Below are positions 25,829-38,530 of a stretch of DNA of 64,000 nt, in pieces. The DNA comes from Callorhinchus milii (Eukaryota): the NCBI RefSeq assembly GCF_018977255.1, contig NW_024704742.1, positions 41,728,001 to 41,792,000 of the forward strand. The letters run 5' to 3'. The notes under the pieces were generated by a model. It was not told the DNA's origin and searched no databases. It was given only the letters and a program-made list of their open reading frames with translations. Numbering within the stretch: the first letter of the stretch is position 1; every line of letters begins with the position of its first letter. A program made the translations under genes and the position numbers.

Positions 25829-27265
25829 AAACAACAACACAAAATTACATTTGTATAGCGCCTTTCACATCAGGAGAATGTCCCAAGGTGCTGGACAGTC
25901 AGTGCTTCGGTCAGGATTGGGGAGGGTGGAGGGCAGGTGGGGAAGCAGGGTGATTGAAAGCACAGTTAAGAGAAGGGTATTGAAATGGGTTTTGAAGGAG
26001 GCAAGGGAGGGGACGAGATGGAGGAACTGCAGGATGGAGTTCGAGAGGATGCAGGCAGAGTGGCAGAAGGCCCGCCAGCCAATAGTGGGGCAAGTGAGGT
26101 GGGGGAATGTGAAGCTGGCTGGAGCCCACTGAACGGAGGGAGTGGGCAGGATGGTAGGGAGTTAGGAGGTAGCAGAGGTAGGGTAAGCAAGGCCATAGAG
26201 GGCTTTGAAGGTGAAGATCAGGATCTGGAACTGTATCCTCTAGGAAGCCAGTGGAGTCGGGCGAGGATGGGGATGAAAGGGTTGCGAAGCTTGGTGCAGG
26301 ATTGGACATGGGCTGCAGAGTTCTGGATGATCTGCAGCCTATGGAGGGAGGAGCTGGGGTGGCCGACAAGCAGGGAGTTTGCATAGCCAAGCCTTGATGT
26401 TATGAATGCATGTATGAAGGTTTCGGCAGCCTGCGGTGTGAGACAATGGCGGAGTCGGGCGATGTTGCAGAGGTGGGGGAAGGCAAAGCGGGTCATATTA
26501 ATATAATAATACTAATCCTTGCATTTGATATAGCGCTCTGATGTTTCAAAGCGCTTCACAACATATACTGTAAAGTGAATTGTGAGAGAAACGCAGCAGA
26601 CAATTGCACACAGCAGTGTCCCACAAACAGTCATAGATTGAAGTGGCCAATTTTATCATTTTTTTCTCTTGAGGGATTATTATCAGGTGTGTGGAGTAAG
26701 CAAACTTGCCCAAGGTTTGCCCTGCCAGGAATCAAACCCAGATCTCACTTGTGAGTGAGTGCTCCAATCACTGAGCTACAGGGCTCTTCAAACTTTCTAC
26801 CCCACATCTGTGCCGTCATGGCATGGATGTGGGGTAGAAAGGATAGTTGAGGGTCAAACAAGACACGAAGGTTCTGGACTGGCTTAGTAAGGGGGAGTGT
26901 GCAACCATGGATGGTGATGCTGTCAGCGCCAGAGGTGTGGAGGCGCTGATAGGAGCCAATCAGGAGGGCCTCCATATTGTTGACGATCAACTGAAGAAAG
27001 TTAGCTCTCATCCAGGACTTGATGCCTGACAGACATTCTGTCAGGACAGCAGTGGTCCTGGAGTTAAGGTGGAGGCAGAGAGGTACAGTTGGGTGTCATT
27101 CGCATATATGTGGAAGTTGACCCCATGTCTGCGGATTATGTCATCATGAGGAAGCATATAGATATTGAAGAGGAGGGGCCCAAGGACAGAGCCCTGAGGA
27201 ACACCGTACGAGACAGTCCAGGGGCTAGAGGAGAAACCTTTTGTGGAGATGAAGTGGAGGCGGTG
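25829..27265 (-). mobile_element. L2 copy (RT C-half to tail), interrupted by a SINE
   Basis: ORF fragments [18 protein letters not shown]...[16 protein letters not shown] and HAFITSRLGYANSLL. Confidence 0.93.
26498..26786 (-). mobile_element. tRNA-Ala SINE nested in L2
   Basis: Complete reverse-complement SINE; the L2 sequence resumes at about 26815. Confidence 0.9.
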
Positions 27266-28084
27266 TAAAGTCAACTCAATAGATTTTGCAAACTATTGTC
27301 TGGTGAGTTCACATTTGATGTAACCAAAGACTTTATCTTCAGATACATCAAAGTGGCTAGAAATTTTGCTATGTCAATCATATTTTCTGAGGATCAATTG
27401 TTATGGACAATTTCCTTTGGAAATGTTTTTGGAAGAGGAAAATACTGTGTTGTACTCTAATTTACAATTATTACACAAAATATGAAGAATCATTACTTGA
27501 GCATAAACACATGGCGATTTTTTAAGTAAACAGTGGGGCTGTGCTACAATGGGGCAGAACTATATTCATCATTATATTTAATGAATCTTTGTGCAATTTC
27601 TGAAAGATTCACTACACAGAGAATAGAGCAGAATAGCCCCCTTTGGCTGTCTATGTCTGCATTATTCATGAGCATTATAATTCTGGAACAAGGCTGGAAA
27701 ACAAAGACTCTGTATTCTGTGGCCAGATTTCTACATGATGTAATGCAAGACACTAATCATTTTCTGTACATACTATGGAGCTCACACTGAGGTTTTGAAG
27801 TGCTTTATTTCTCTCATTTCAATGAGTACATCAGAGAAGAACATTTTTATACATGGCTTCTGCATTAATAACCAGGGATTCAAATAGTTTGAGCAAAACA
27901 GCAGTTCACAGAGTTGCAAAGCTTTCTAATTCTCTCCTGCTGCTTTGCACCATTACAGATTCTTTATCTCATTTTCATTCATTGCCTTATTAAACCACTT
28001 CCTGTGCTATCCAGTGATCCACAGGAATATACTACTTTTATCTCCACCTGCAACCACACTAAAAAAAAGGATATAGCAGCAATA

Positions 28085-28555
28085 CTCCTACCAGGAATGA
28101 TTGGATAGGTCAGGCCTTTTTTCGTTAGAGAAGAGACGTTTAAGGGGGTACAAATTTGAAGTGTTTAAAATTATAAAAAGCTTCAATCAGGTTAACATTA
28201 ATAGGTTGTTTGCACTGGGAAGCCTGTAAACACAATAACAACAACTTGCATTAATATAGCGCCCTTCACACTGGACGGGGTCTCAGAGTACTTAATATAA
28301 GCATAGGGGATGTAAAGAAAATTTAGAAGGAGCTACTTCATGCATAGTGAGATTGGGGAACTGCCTGAAGCAGTGGTTGAATCAGATAGTTTAGCTATAT
28401 TCAAGAGAAATCTAGACCTTCACATGAGGGAAGAGAAGAGTAGATGGCTATAGGAGAGAGTAAAGAGTGGATGAAGACTCATGTGGAGTATAAACAACGG
28501 CATGGACAGGTTGGGCCGAGTGGCCTGTGCCTGTGCTGTACATTCTTTGTAATCT
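28085..28555 (+). mobile_element. CR1 3' end, decayed, with an inserted L2b tail at about 28230-28290
   Basis: GAAGAGACGTTTAAGGGGG...GGGCCGAGTGGCCTGTGCCTGTGCTGTACATTCTTTGTAAT. Confidence 0.75.
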
Positions 28556-29024
28556 TTGCTATTCATCACTGTTTGCTCAGACTGCGTACAGAGGAAGTTG
28601 AATTCAAGAGTACGTCTAGGTAGATAACATAGACCTGGACCTTCTCATTACTTCCTATTTATTCCTTGATTCTTTGCCAGACAAAACACACACTAAATCC
28701 TTCTTTCATAATTCTTGTGGCTAGTACGTGGTGGATTCTTGTTTTCTGGTAACTCAATACACAGGACAAAGAATTTACATGGAACCATAGGGCCCATTGT
28801 CTGTAAGATTCAGATTCTGTTCATAATATCTGGTATTTGTCCTTCATGTGGTGTATGGACTTGCCAAGGCTGACAGGGTGCCACAATGGTCACAATTACA
28901 TGTAGTTCAGGTGACTCCAGGTGTAACAGGTATCAGTTTCCAAATTTGGTTCAATTGTTACCTCCAGTGGTTGTTTAGCAGGAAAAAAAATCAGCAGATT
29001 AAATCTGAGTTTATTGTTTTGCAC

Positions 29025-29600
29025 AAAGGGGAGAGGAGAGATAAGAGGGGTTCATGTAGGGCTGAGCTGACTTCTATATGATGTGGAATGTTGGAATAGA
29101 GTCAACCCTCTGTGGCAGTCTCAGAAATTGGTTCCTGAGCCATCTGGTCCACAGGACTCCAGGGTACTATTGATTAGAGACCAGGCAGCCTAGCTCATTG
29201 GCAAGATTTGAGGGGCAGACAAGTCACCAAGGATAGGGATTCTCCCCACTCAGCTCTTGTTAACCCTGCCAGCCAAGACCTTACAGGCAGGATGATCCTA
29301 GCTGGCCAAGGAGTGTGAAGCTTGCCTGATGTTTTCAATGGAAAGCTCTGAGGTTTTAACTGGTTTGACTCCAACAGTACCCCCAACACACACTCTGCTG
29401 TCTCCAAGCTTTAGCTCTTGCCAATCTGCACATAATATTCTACTACAGAATTAGGTAAGCAGGATGTGTCCCTTCGGGGTAAGGATGCACATTCCGTTCC
29501 AATTCACTGGAATTTCCACATGTAGATGGGATGCATGGAAATCTCCATCTGGATTTGTGATGGATTTCCACATTTGTCATGATACCTGGCTGACCACAAA
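29025..29600 (+). repeat. Unclassified interspersed repeat 'A', copy 3 (long)
   Basis: Aligns by eye over about 550 bp to the reverse complement of 58245-58790. Confidence 0.75.
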
Positions 29601-30676
29601 TTAGCTAGCTATTTATTACATAAATGATGACTTAGATTCCAATGGTCTGGCTTAGTGTATTCATATAAAATATTGCAAAATAATGGGAAATGATTAACAT
29701 AGTTCCATGGGCAGCAGTACTCTCTGGTACCTTGCTAGCAACCGTTATTCTTCTGTAAGCTGCGATGTCATGACAACGGATTTGAAGACGGAAGGTGAGC
29801 TGAGGGTCAGACTAAATATTTAAGTGTGTACTGGCATGGTGAGTAGGAGAGAGAGGCCAGGAAGATTGAAGAAGTCACAGCCATAAGCAAGGAGACACTG
29901 GCAGGAGCCAAGAAGGATAGTTTCCATCTTGTCCATGATTAACTTAACCAACAAAATGTTACAAATAAATATTTAATGTTTGGCATATGATTGGGACCAA
30001 AACTGGCAAATAATACATGCTCATCAATTTAGGTTTGAAGAACCTGGACCTTCTCCCAGCTCGGTTACGAAAACATGCAAACTTCTACAAGAAAAATCCC
30101 CACTTACCCAGGGTGCAAGCCTGCCCAGTGAGTCAAAGACAACATCAATACATGCTCACTGAAGGGTTTTGGAGGCTCATTCCAACTTTTGCAAGGATGA
30201 CCAGAATCATACTTGTGAGGCATGGACTCACGTAACTCAGTTGGTAGCTGAATATGACTAACTGGTGCTGTTTGTTTTTCACAGTACATGAGTGAGCCAC
30301 TGCTGTGAATGCATTGTAACCCCATGATCTTGTGCTATAAACCATTATTTTCATCACTTCTATTTAATGATCATTAAAAGCTCAGGTGAAGCGAGCAGAT
30401 TTATTCTATTCAGCATTCTCCCACATAACACACTCCTTGACCTCTGAGCTATAATCATTTGTCTTCAGCAGGGGTGACTGGTGTCCAGATTCTGCCCTTA
30501 AAAATAATTTGTTTCAAGTGGAGCATGTAATCTTAAACCTGATCTTCAGGCGTGAGATAAATACTAGGAACTCATCAAAGTAGTAATTATAATTACATGG
30601 TGTTTTCATTTTATTCCATGAAGATATATTTTAGAATCACTATATTATATGTTTCTATATATTTTATGTTATTCTT

Positions 30677-31053
30677 ATAATAATAATTTGATATAGCTCC
30701 TTATTACGTCTTCAAAACATCTCAAAGCATTTCACAGAATACACTGTAAAGTGAATTGACTGTATATTTTGTGGACGAAATGCAGCAGCCATTTGGGCAC
30801 AACAGTGTCTCACAAACAGTTGTGGATTGAATGACCATTATTTTTTTTATTTTTATTATTTTTTTTTTGGAAGGGATTATTACACCTGGAAAGCGATCCG
30901 GCAATCGACTAACAACTGGGTTCCTTTTTACTGCTACTTAAACAGAGGCTTGTGGAGTAAGGAAACTTGCCCAACGTTTCACCCTACTGGGAATTAAACC
31001 CAAGCCCTCTCACTTGTGAGGTGAGTGCTCTAACCACTATGCTACAGGACTCC
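30677..31053 (-). mobile_element. tRNA SINE, long variant
   Basis: Reverse-complement head at 31020-31053, an extra central segment at 30885-30950 and the tail at 30677. Confidence 0.9.
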
Positions 31054-31355
31054 ATTTGTGATGAAAGGGGGAGATTGTTGTGCGTGGACCATGGAATGGT
31101 TGTGGTGGAGATGACTGGAAGGTCTTTGCCTATTAATTCTCATATTCAACCTTTTTTCCACCAAAATGGATTATGTCCCCTTTTAATCTTTCTTTGCAAA
31201 AGTAGAAATAAGATGAATTCTATGAGATTCTCATCGTTGATTTCTACCTTGCCACTCCTATCTGCCCTTCTCTGCAGCATGTCAATGTACATTTCTAGGT
31301 CTCTCTCTGCTTGAGTCTGTGTGAAACAGGAAATCAAAGATTCCCATTACACTAT

Positions 31356-31525
31356 GGATAAGGATATCTGGGATATAATGGAAAACTTAATCTTGGATAA
31401 GAAATATGAAGGATATAAAGGGAATTTTGTACTTCAATATCAGGGATACAATGGGAATGTTGTGCTTGCGTAAGGATATCAGGGATAGAATGGGGATTTT
31501 GTGCTGTGTTAAGATATCAGATACA
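31356..31525. repeat. Degenerate minisatellite, unit about 37 bp, about 5 copies
   Basis: Recurrent TAAGGATATCAGGGATA(C/G)AATGGG(A/G)ATTTTGTGCT units. Confidence 0.7.
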
Positions 31526-32009
31526 ACAGAAAAGAATGAGATTACTTGGTTAATGATAGTTTAACTGCAAAGTTGTGCTGGTTAAAAATTAGTAGCATAA
31601 TTCAGATGAGGATAACTATGAGGTTGGAATGCTTAGCAGTTTGAGGATCTCGGTATCAGGAACTGTTGGGATGGATATCTATGTATTGGGATGGAGATTA
31701 GGAATCTTGTATACAGACCTTGGAACATTGAGAATGTTGTTTTACGGATATTAGAAAGTATTTGTATGGATATTGACTGAGAATACTGGAATAACACATT
31801 GTTTGTGGATGTTAACAAGCACTCTAAAATGTTACCCTGTGTGGAGGGCGCTATATAAGTACAAGTTGTTGTTCTTGATATTAAAAAAAAATCTGAAAAG
31901 TCAGCCTGACTCAGTTGGTAGCACTCTGCCCTCTGAGTCATAAGGTTGTGAGTTCAAGTTCAAAATCTTTGAATTCACAGTCTCGACCAGGGGTGGGCAA
32001 TTATTTTGT

Positions 32010-32345
32010 GGAGTCCTGTAGCTCAGTGGTTAGAGCACTCGCTTTGCAAGCGAGAGACCTGAGTTCAATTCCAGGCAGATCAGGGCGAAACCTTGGGCAA
32101 GTTTCCTTACTCCACACGCCTAATAATAATCCCTCCAAAACCAAAAACAATAATAAATTGGTCATTTTCAATCTACGACTGTTTGTGGGACATTGCTGTG
32201 CGCAATTGGCTGCCGCGTTCGCCCACAAATATATACAGTCAATTCACTTTACAGTGTGTTCTGTGAAGCGCTTTGGGATGTCCTCCCGACGTGAAAAGCG
32301 CTATATCAGATGCAAGGATTATTATTATTATTATTGTTATTATTA
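32010..32345 (+). mobile_element. tRNA-Ala SINE nested in the hAT subterminal region
   Basis: Complete head and tail; TTATTTTG occurs on both sides (32001-32008 and 32343-32350) as a candidate TSD. Confidence 0.95.
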
Positions 32346-32582
32346 TTTTGGCTGTCAGGCCACTTCATGAGTTTTGGTAAGTTTCGCAGGCCACACACTT
32401 AATATTGATGCAAATGCTTAATAATAGCTCAAAATCAAGTTTTACACTTGTACATGCATAAAATAAAGTCTATATAATTGACATTCATTAAAATTAGGTT
32501 AAATAAAAACAACTCATTGTGCAGACATTTATTCGATATTTATTCATTAATTCACATTTTGATCAGAATGTAAGAAGCTCAC

Positions 32583-34062
32583 TCAATGGGAAGAATGAAA
32601 ACGCTGATGTGCGTTAACCAGACAATTGAAGTCAGGCATCGTTTCCATTGTTGTAATGCGGAGTACTGCTGCAAGGTGGTCATCAGCCATCTCAGATCTA
32701 TGTTTTGATTTAATGAATTTCATCACAGAAAATGTCTCCTCGCATATGTATGTTGATCCAAACCACAAGCATCCTCCAGGCATGAGCCTTTATTTTTGGA
32801 AAGGTATATTCATTAAGAGAGGCGTAAAAACTGGGAAGCGGCACTGATTTGAATTGCTCCATAAGCAATGGATCACGTTGCAGGTCAATAAGCTCGAGTT
32901 GGAGGTCAAATGGGGCTTTGTCAACATCAAATGAGAAAGGTGAAGAGACCAAAGACAGGTCATTTTCGATCAAATTGAAGTCCTGGAATCGACGAGAAAA
33001 TTCGGCATGTAAGTCAAGTAGTGACAAAATATACTTTTTAAGGCTTTGATCGCAAACAGTAATCTGCTGCAAAGTTGGAAAGTAGGGGAACAGCCTGTTT
33101 CCTATCTGATGCGATAAAATAAATAATTTCATCATAAATAACTTGACACTGCAATACAAATCATGCACAAAGGCCCCCTTTCGCCACAGTTTTGAATTCA
33201 GTTCATTCATGCGGCCCATGATATCAATGGCAAATGCAAAATCAGAGAGCCAATTCGCATCATTCAGCTGTGGGAAATCCGAATCTTTTTGTTTCATGTC
33301 CAAAAATAAATCAACCTCTGTTCTCAGTTCCCACACTCTTTTCAAGACCTTTCCCAAACTAAGCCATCTTACATTCTGTGATACAGGACATCCATGTGCT
33401 CGGATTCCAATTCCTCAAGCAAAGTTACAAATTGCCTGTGGTTTAATCCTCTTGCTCGAATGTAGTTGACCACTTTCGTAACTGTGTCCACAACATTGCT
33501 TAGTTTTAGAACACTCTAGAGGACCTCTTGGTGGATAAAGCAGTGTAGAAAAACAATATTCTGTTCTGGATTTGTTTTTTTGATTTGATCTTGAATTCTT
33601 TTCAGTAACCCAACATTTTTGCCTGTCAGATTTGGGCTTCCATCGGTGGTCACATTCATCAATTTTGTCCATTCCACTCCTAACTTTAAGATATACTTAT
33701 TTACTGCCTCCAAAAAGTCTTCTCCAGTTGTCTTATCTTTCATTGACGCATTGATGCCAATTCTTCTGTGAGCTCAAAATGTTTGGTGATACCTCGAATA
33801 AAAATTATCAACTGGGCTGTGTCTTTGACATCACAACTTTCATCGAGTACCAGTGAAAAACATACAAAATTGCTTACTTTATTTTGTAACTGCACACTGT
33901 TTTTATTTTTATTTCTTTTTTTTATTTTTTAATTTACTTTATTTTAATTTTATTTCTTTTATTTGTTTTATTTTCCACCCACTGGTAAAAAAATTTAGAA
34001 GTCCATTCTTTGTTGAATATTCGGCCTTCAGCTTCCACTTTCCGCTTCTTTGATAAACTCAT
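32583..34062 (-). pseudogene. hAT transposase pseudogene (GTF2IRD2/SPIN-like), frameshifted
   Basis: Motifs occur in order across frames: MSLSKKRKVEAEGRIFNKEW, SLVLDESCDVKDTAQLIIFIRG (D1), TTDGSPN (D2), HCFIHQE (CxxH), RWLSLGKVLKR, FGSTYICEETFSVMKFIKSKHRS (E, hATC). Confidence 0.93.
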
Positions 34063-34834
34063 TTCGAATTAAGTGAAAAGTATTGCCGTGGTTGCCACGC
34101 GCGCGTTTGAAAATTTGCAAATCTGTACATTTCTGACGTCAGCCTGATTCAACACTTAAGGGAGCGTGCGCACAACTAAGCAGTGTGATTGGCTGATGTT
34201 CCCGGTCTGATTCAAATGCAAAATTTGTGTGACTTTCTACGAGTGAACAAACTATAATTTTTTTTATTGCTAGACACAATGACGGGCCGCATAGAATCGT
34301 CTGGCGGGCCGGATATGACCGGGGGGCCCCATTTTGCCCACCCCTGGTCTAGATTGACACTTCAATATATTGTTGCAGATGCCATCCTACAGATGAAATT
34401 GTAATCTAAGGTTGTGTCTCCCTGTTCAAATTGGCTTTAAAGATACCATTTTCACTCTTTGAAAAGAGAAGGGAGTTTCTCCCAATGTCTTGGCCAACAA
34501 GCCCTTAGATAAAATTGACCAATCAATTTGCCTACAAAATACACATTCACTGCATTAGAATTATTATTATTAGAATGATATCCAATAAGTGCTTTGAGAC
34601 AGCATCCCGAACTGAAAGGCATTATATCAAAACAAGAATTATTATTATTTTAATAGTATAAAGTCAGCATAATAATTAGGATTAATTTCAAGCACTTGCC
34701 AAATTCTGGACAACCTGGAATGCTGAAGAGAATATGATGAATCTAGCACAGGTGGAATTTCTTCCACATAATTGGGTACACTCACACATTTTATACTCCT
34801 TTTATACATTTTATACTCACAACATTCTATACTC

Positions 34835-36845
34835 CTTCGACCCTACCTCTTCCTCCACCCTCACCACTATTGTTCGCAAACTCAAACCCATGACTTACTC
34901 CCTCGATCCCATCCCCACCTCTCTCCTCATCTCCCAGCTCCACCTTCTGGCCCCTCTCCTGTCTGACATCATCAACCTCTCCTTGTCCATTGGTTCAGTT
35001 CCCACCTCCCTAAAAACAGCCGTCATCACTCCCATCCTGAAAAATCCTTCCCTGGACCCATCCTCCTCTCCAGCTACCACCCCAACTTTAACCTCCCATT
35101 TCTCTCCAAGGTCCTGGAATGAGTCATCGAGTCCCAGCTCCGCTGCTTTCTCTCTCGCCATTACCTCTTTGACCCCCTCCAATCCTTCTTCCACGCTGTC
35201 CACAGCACAGAAACAGCCGTGTTCAAAGTCACTAATGACATTCTGAACATCTGTGATCATGGCTCCCTCTGCCTCCTTGTCCTCCTCGACCTCTCTGTCT
35301 CCTTCGACACTGTCGTCCACTCCATCCTCAGACACTGCCTCTCCTCTTTACTTAATCTTCACGGACCTGCCCTTGCAATCCTATCTCTCTCACCATCTCC
35401 ACTTTCTTGCCTCTGACGGTTTCTCCTCCAGCCCCCGCACTGTCACATCTGGCGTCCCCCAGGGCTCTGTCCTTGGACCTCTCCTCTTTAATATCTACAT
35501 GTTCCCCCTTGGTGACATCATCCACAGACATGGGGTCAACTTCCATATGTATGCGGATGAAACCAAACTCTATCTTTCTGCCTCCACCCTCAACTCCAAC
35601 TCAGACTGCCTGTCGGACATCAAGTCCTGGATGAGGGCAAATTTCCTACAGTTGAATGTGAACAAGACTGAGGCCCTCCTGATTGGCTCACGCCAGCGCC
35701 TCAGCACCTCAGACTCTGGCATTAGTGGAGTCCTGTAGCTCAGTGGTTAGAGCACTCGCTTTGCAAGCGAGAGACCTGAGTTCAATTCTAGGCAGGGCGA
35801 AACCTTGGGCAAGTTTCCTTACTCCACACAGAGCCTAATAATAATCTCTCCAAAAAACCCCCCCAAAAAACAATAATAAATTGGTCATTTTCAATCTACG
35901 ACGGTTTGTGGGACATTGCTGTGCGCAATTGGCTGCCGCGTTCGCCCGCAAATATACAGTCAATTCACTTTACAGTGTGTTCTGTGAAGCGTTTTGGGAC
36001 GTCCTCTCGACGTGAAAAGCGCTATATCAAATGCAAGGATTATTATTATTATTAATATTATCAACCTCCATGTTTGCTCACTACAACTCACCAAGCCAGT
36101 CGGGAACCTAGGTGTCTTGTTCGACCCTCAGCTATCTTTTCTTCCCTACATCCAAGCCATGATCCGTTTTGCCTTCCCTCACCTCGGTAACATCACCCGA
36201 CTCCGCCACTACCTCACCCCTCAGGCCGCTGAAACGCTTGTTGATGCCTTCATCACCTCTAGGCTCGACTATGCAAATGTCCTGCTTGTCAGCCTTCCCA
36301 ACTCCTCCCTCCACAGGCTGCAGATAATCCAAAACACTGCACCCCATGTCCTCTCCCGCACCAAACTCCGTGACCCCATCTCCCACATTCTCGCCCGACT
36401 CCATTGGTTCCGTCTCCTTCAGAGGATCCAGTTCAAGATCCTGGTCCTCACCTACAAAACCCTCCATGGCCTCGCCCCACCCTACCTCTGCGTCCTCCTA
36501 ATCCCCTATCAACCCGCCCGTTCCCTCCGCTCAGCCAGCTCCGGCCTGCTCCACGCCTCCCGACCCACCCGCTCCACCATTGGCGGGAGAGCCTTCAGCC
36601 ACTCTGCCCCCAACCTTTGGAATTCCATTACCCAACCACTTTGCCTCGCTCTCTCCTTAGCCTACTTCAAGTCGCGCTTCAAGACCCTCCTTTTTGACCA
36701 TGCCATCTGTAACCCATCTTCCCCTCCCCTTCCTTCTCCCTCCCTACCCCAGCTTGGGTCTGAAATGCTGTGCACTGTCCAGCGCCTTGGGACGTCCTCC
36801 CGACGTGAAAGGTGCTAAACAAATGTAATATTGCTGTTATTGTTT
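34835..36845 (+). mobile_element. L2 LINE, longest copy (RT domain to tail), frameshifted and SINE-interrupted
   Basis: [63 protein letters not shown] and tail GGGACGTCCTCCCGACGTGAAAGGTGC. Confidence 0.95.
35727..36053 (+). mobile_element. tRNA-Ala SINE nested in L2
   Basis: Near-identical to 32010-32345; L2 resumes at ATCAACCTCCATG (about 36060). Confidence 0.95.
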
Positions 36846-37169
36846 ATATCTGTTTGGAATCGATATGATAGTGAATGAGTAACATATCAAATGAAATGCT
36901 GTAAACTCCACTCCATATTATAAATTATTAACAGTTAAAAATGTATCAGCAATTATAAATATTTCTGCCAATGTTTATGGAAATATTAGGAGCAAAATCT
37001 TTTAATACTATGTTTTTTTTAACATACGAGTTAGACTTCCATATTTCTTAAGCAAGTTGGTCTGAAACAACAACAACACATTATATTTGTACAGTGCCTT
37101 TCACATCGGAAGGATAACCCAATAAATTAGCCTTGGAATCAACTGTGAGGGATTTAGTAATATGAATAA

Positions 37170-37410
37170 GAATAATCCTTGCATTTGATATAGTGCTTTT
37201 CACGGCTTCTAGACATCTCAAAGCGCTTCACAGAATATACTATAAAGTGAATTGACTGTATATTTGTGGGCAAAATGTAGCAGCCAATTGCACACAGCAG
37301 TGTCCCACAAACAGTTGTGGATTGAAAATAACCAATTTATTATTGTTTTGTTTTAGAAGGATTACTATTAGGCATGTGGAGTAAGGAAACTTGCCCAAGG
37401 TTTCGCCCTT
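37170..37410 (-). mobile_element. SINE lacking most of the tRNA head
   Basis: Reverse-complement tail and body ending at GGAAACTTGCCCAAGGTTTCGCCC. Confidence 0.9.
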
Positions 37411-38321
37411 AATAAGTTATGCAGGTGCAAGCCACTTTTTTTAAAAACAAATTTAAAAAGGTGTTAAGGTTCATATACAACTCAAGATTGTGGTCTCCAA
37501 ATAAATCCTTTACAATTATATAACCATCAACAGGCCATAGATGAGTTTACTCAGCTGACCAATGATTCTTGGGATAAATGAAATCAAATTCAAATTACTG
37601 CATGCTCCAAGATTTCCTGACTTCTCAAACCTACTCACTCCCCACTGCTCCACCTACCACCTTCACTTAGCCAGCATGAGCCTTCTGTACATCCCTTGAC
37701 CCTCTCTGCACCACTGTTGGCAGTCGTGCTTTCAGCCATTCTCTGCCTCAATCCTTCTTGTTTCAGTAACTCACCCAGGTCACAAACTTTGTGTCACCAA
37801 GGCTGCTTTATTTTGTTCCCTAGAACACAAATGTGCTTAAAGCGAAAGCGTCTTCCTTTGCACAAAATCTCAATATATACTGAATATCTACATTAATAAC
37901 CTTAATAAATGACGTAAAGAGTTAATTTAAATAAAGTGACCATGACAATCCCTCTGCCTTGTTCCCACATTACCCCTCTTTGGATCGTACCTGTTCCTTT
38001 TTGACCCAGCATTTGGCCACCTCTCTCCCCAGTTCAATGTTATACCGGGCCATCATTAAGCACTCCAACACACTCCCCTGTATAGTGTATAGCACTATCG
38101 TTGTTGTTGATAACTGTTCAGATTTTGAAGCCAGAGGATGGTGAAAATGACCTATGTGAGAATTTATACAGATTTTATTTCATGTGGGATTCATTTCTTT
38201 ATTTAAAGAATTGAATGTGAGCATTCATACAGATCTGAACTCATTGAAATGATATGCTGACATAGATCTGGATGGACCATGACATTTCCTTGAATAACAA
38301 AGACAACATATTTTATAAATG

Positions 38322-38530
38322 TGGGCACTGCATGGTACTGTGTTTCATATGCACAAGCCTTTTATCTCTAGGTTTGAATCCATTCCAGACATATGGGATG
38401 ATGGTCTCCTGTGTGTGCTGTAATGACTCTATATAAAATACAATCTGGGCAGTCTCAACCCAATTTTTAATGAACGTGGGCAGACAGCTCCAAATTGCCT
38501 CTAGTCTGGTCCTATTTGACACTCTCATCC
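38322..38530 (+). mobile_element. Possible LF-SINE/AmnSINE2-related ancient SINE remnant
   Basis: GCCTTTTATCTCTAGG-TTTGAATCC...CAGTCTCAACCCAATT resembles the LF-SINE 5' half as I recall it; highly diverged. Confidence 0.3.

Larger units (their letters stand above)
31988..34346 (-). mobile_element. hAT DNA transposon (Buster/SPIN/Charlie-like), internally deleted
   Basis: Perfect 13-bp TIRs CAGGGGTGGGCAA / TTGCCCACCCCTG. Flanks are GTCTCGAC and GTCTAGAT (6/8 TSD, NTCTAGAN-type target). Confidence 0.93.
31899..34650 (+). mobile_element. DeuSINE-like SINE split by the hAT insertion (31899-31987 and 34347-34650)
   Basis: The head GTCAGCCTGACTCAGTTGGTAGCACTCTGCCCTCTGAGTCA lies left of the TIR. 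The Deu core (TGACACTTCA...AGATGAAA...AAAGATACCAT...GGGAGTTTCTCCCAATGTCTTGGCCAAC) and tail lie right of it. Confidence 0.75.

Noticed and set aside
32710..33357. 215-aa ORF resembling the domesticated GTF2IRD2/ZBED-type genes
   Set aside because: It lies between intact TIRs with multiple frameshifts and an internal deletion, so it is a dead transposon and not a domesticated gene.
35994..36818. 274-aa ORF, the longest in the window
   Set aside because: It starts inside a SINE tail and runs into the L2 ORF2 C-terminus, so it is a chance chimeric frame of TE remnants and not a host gene.
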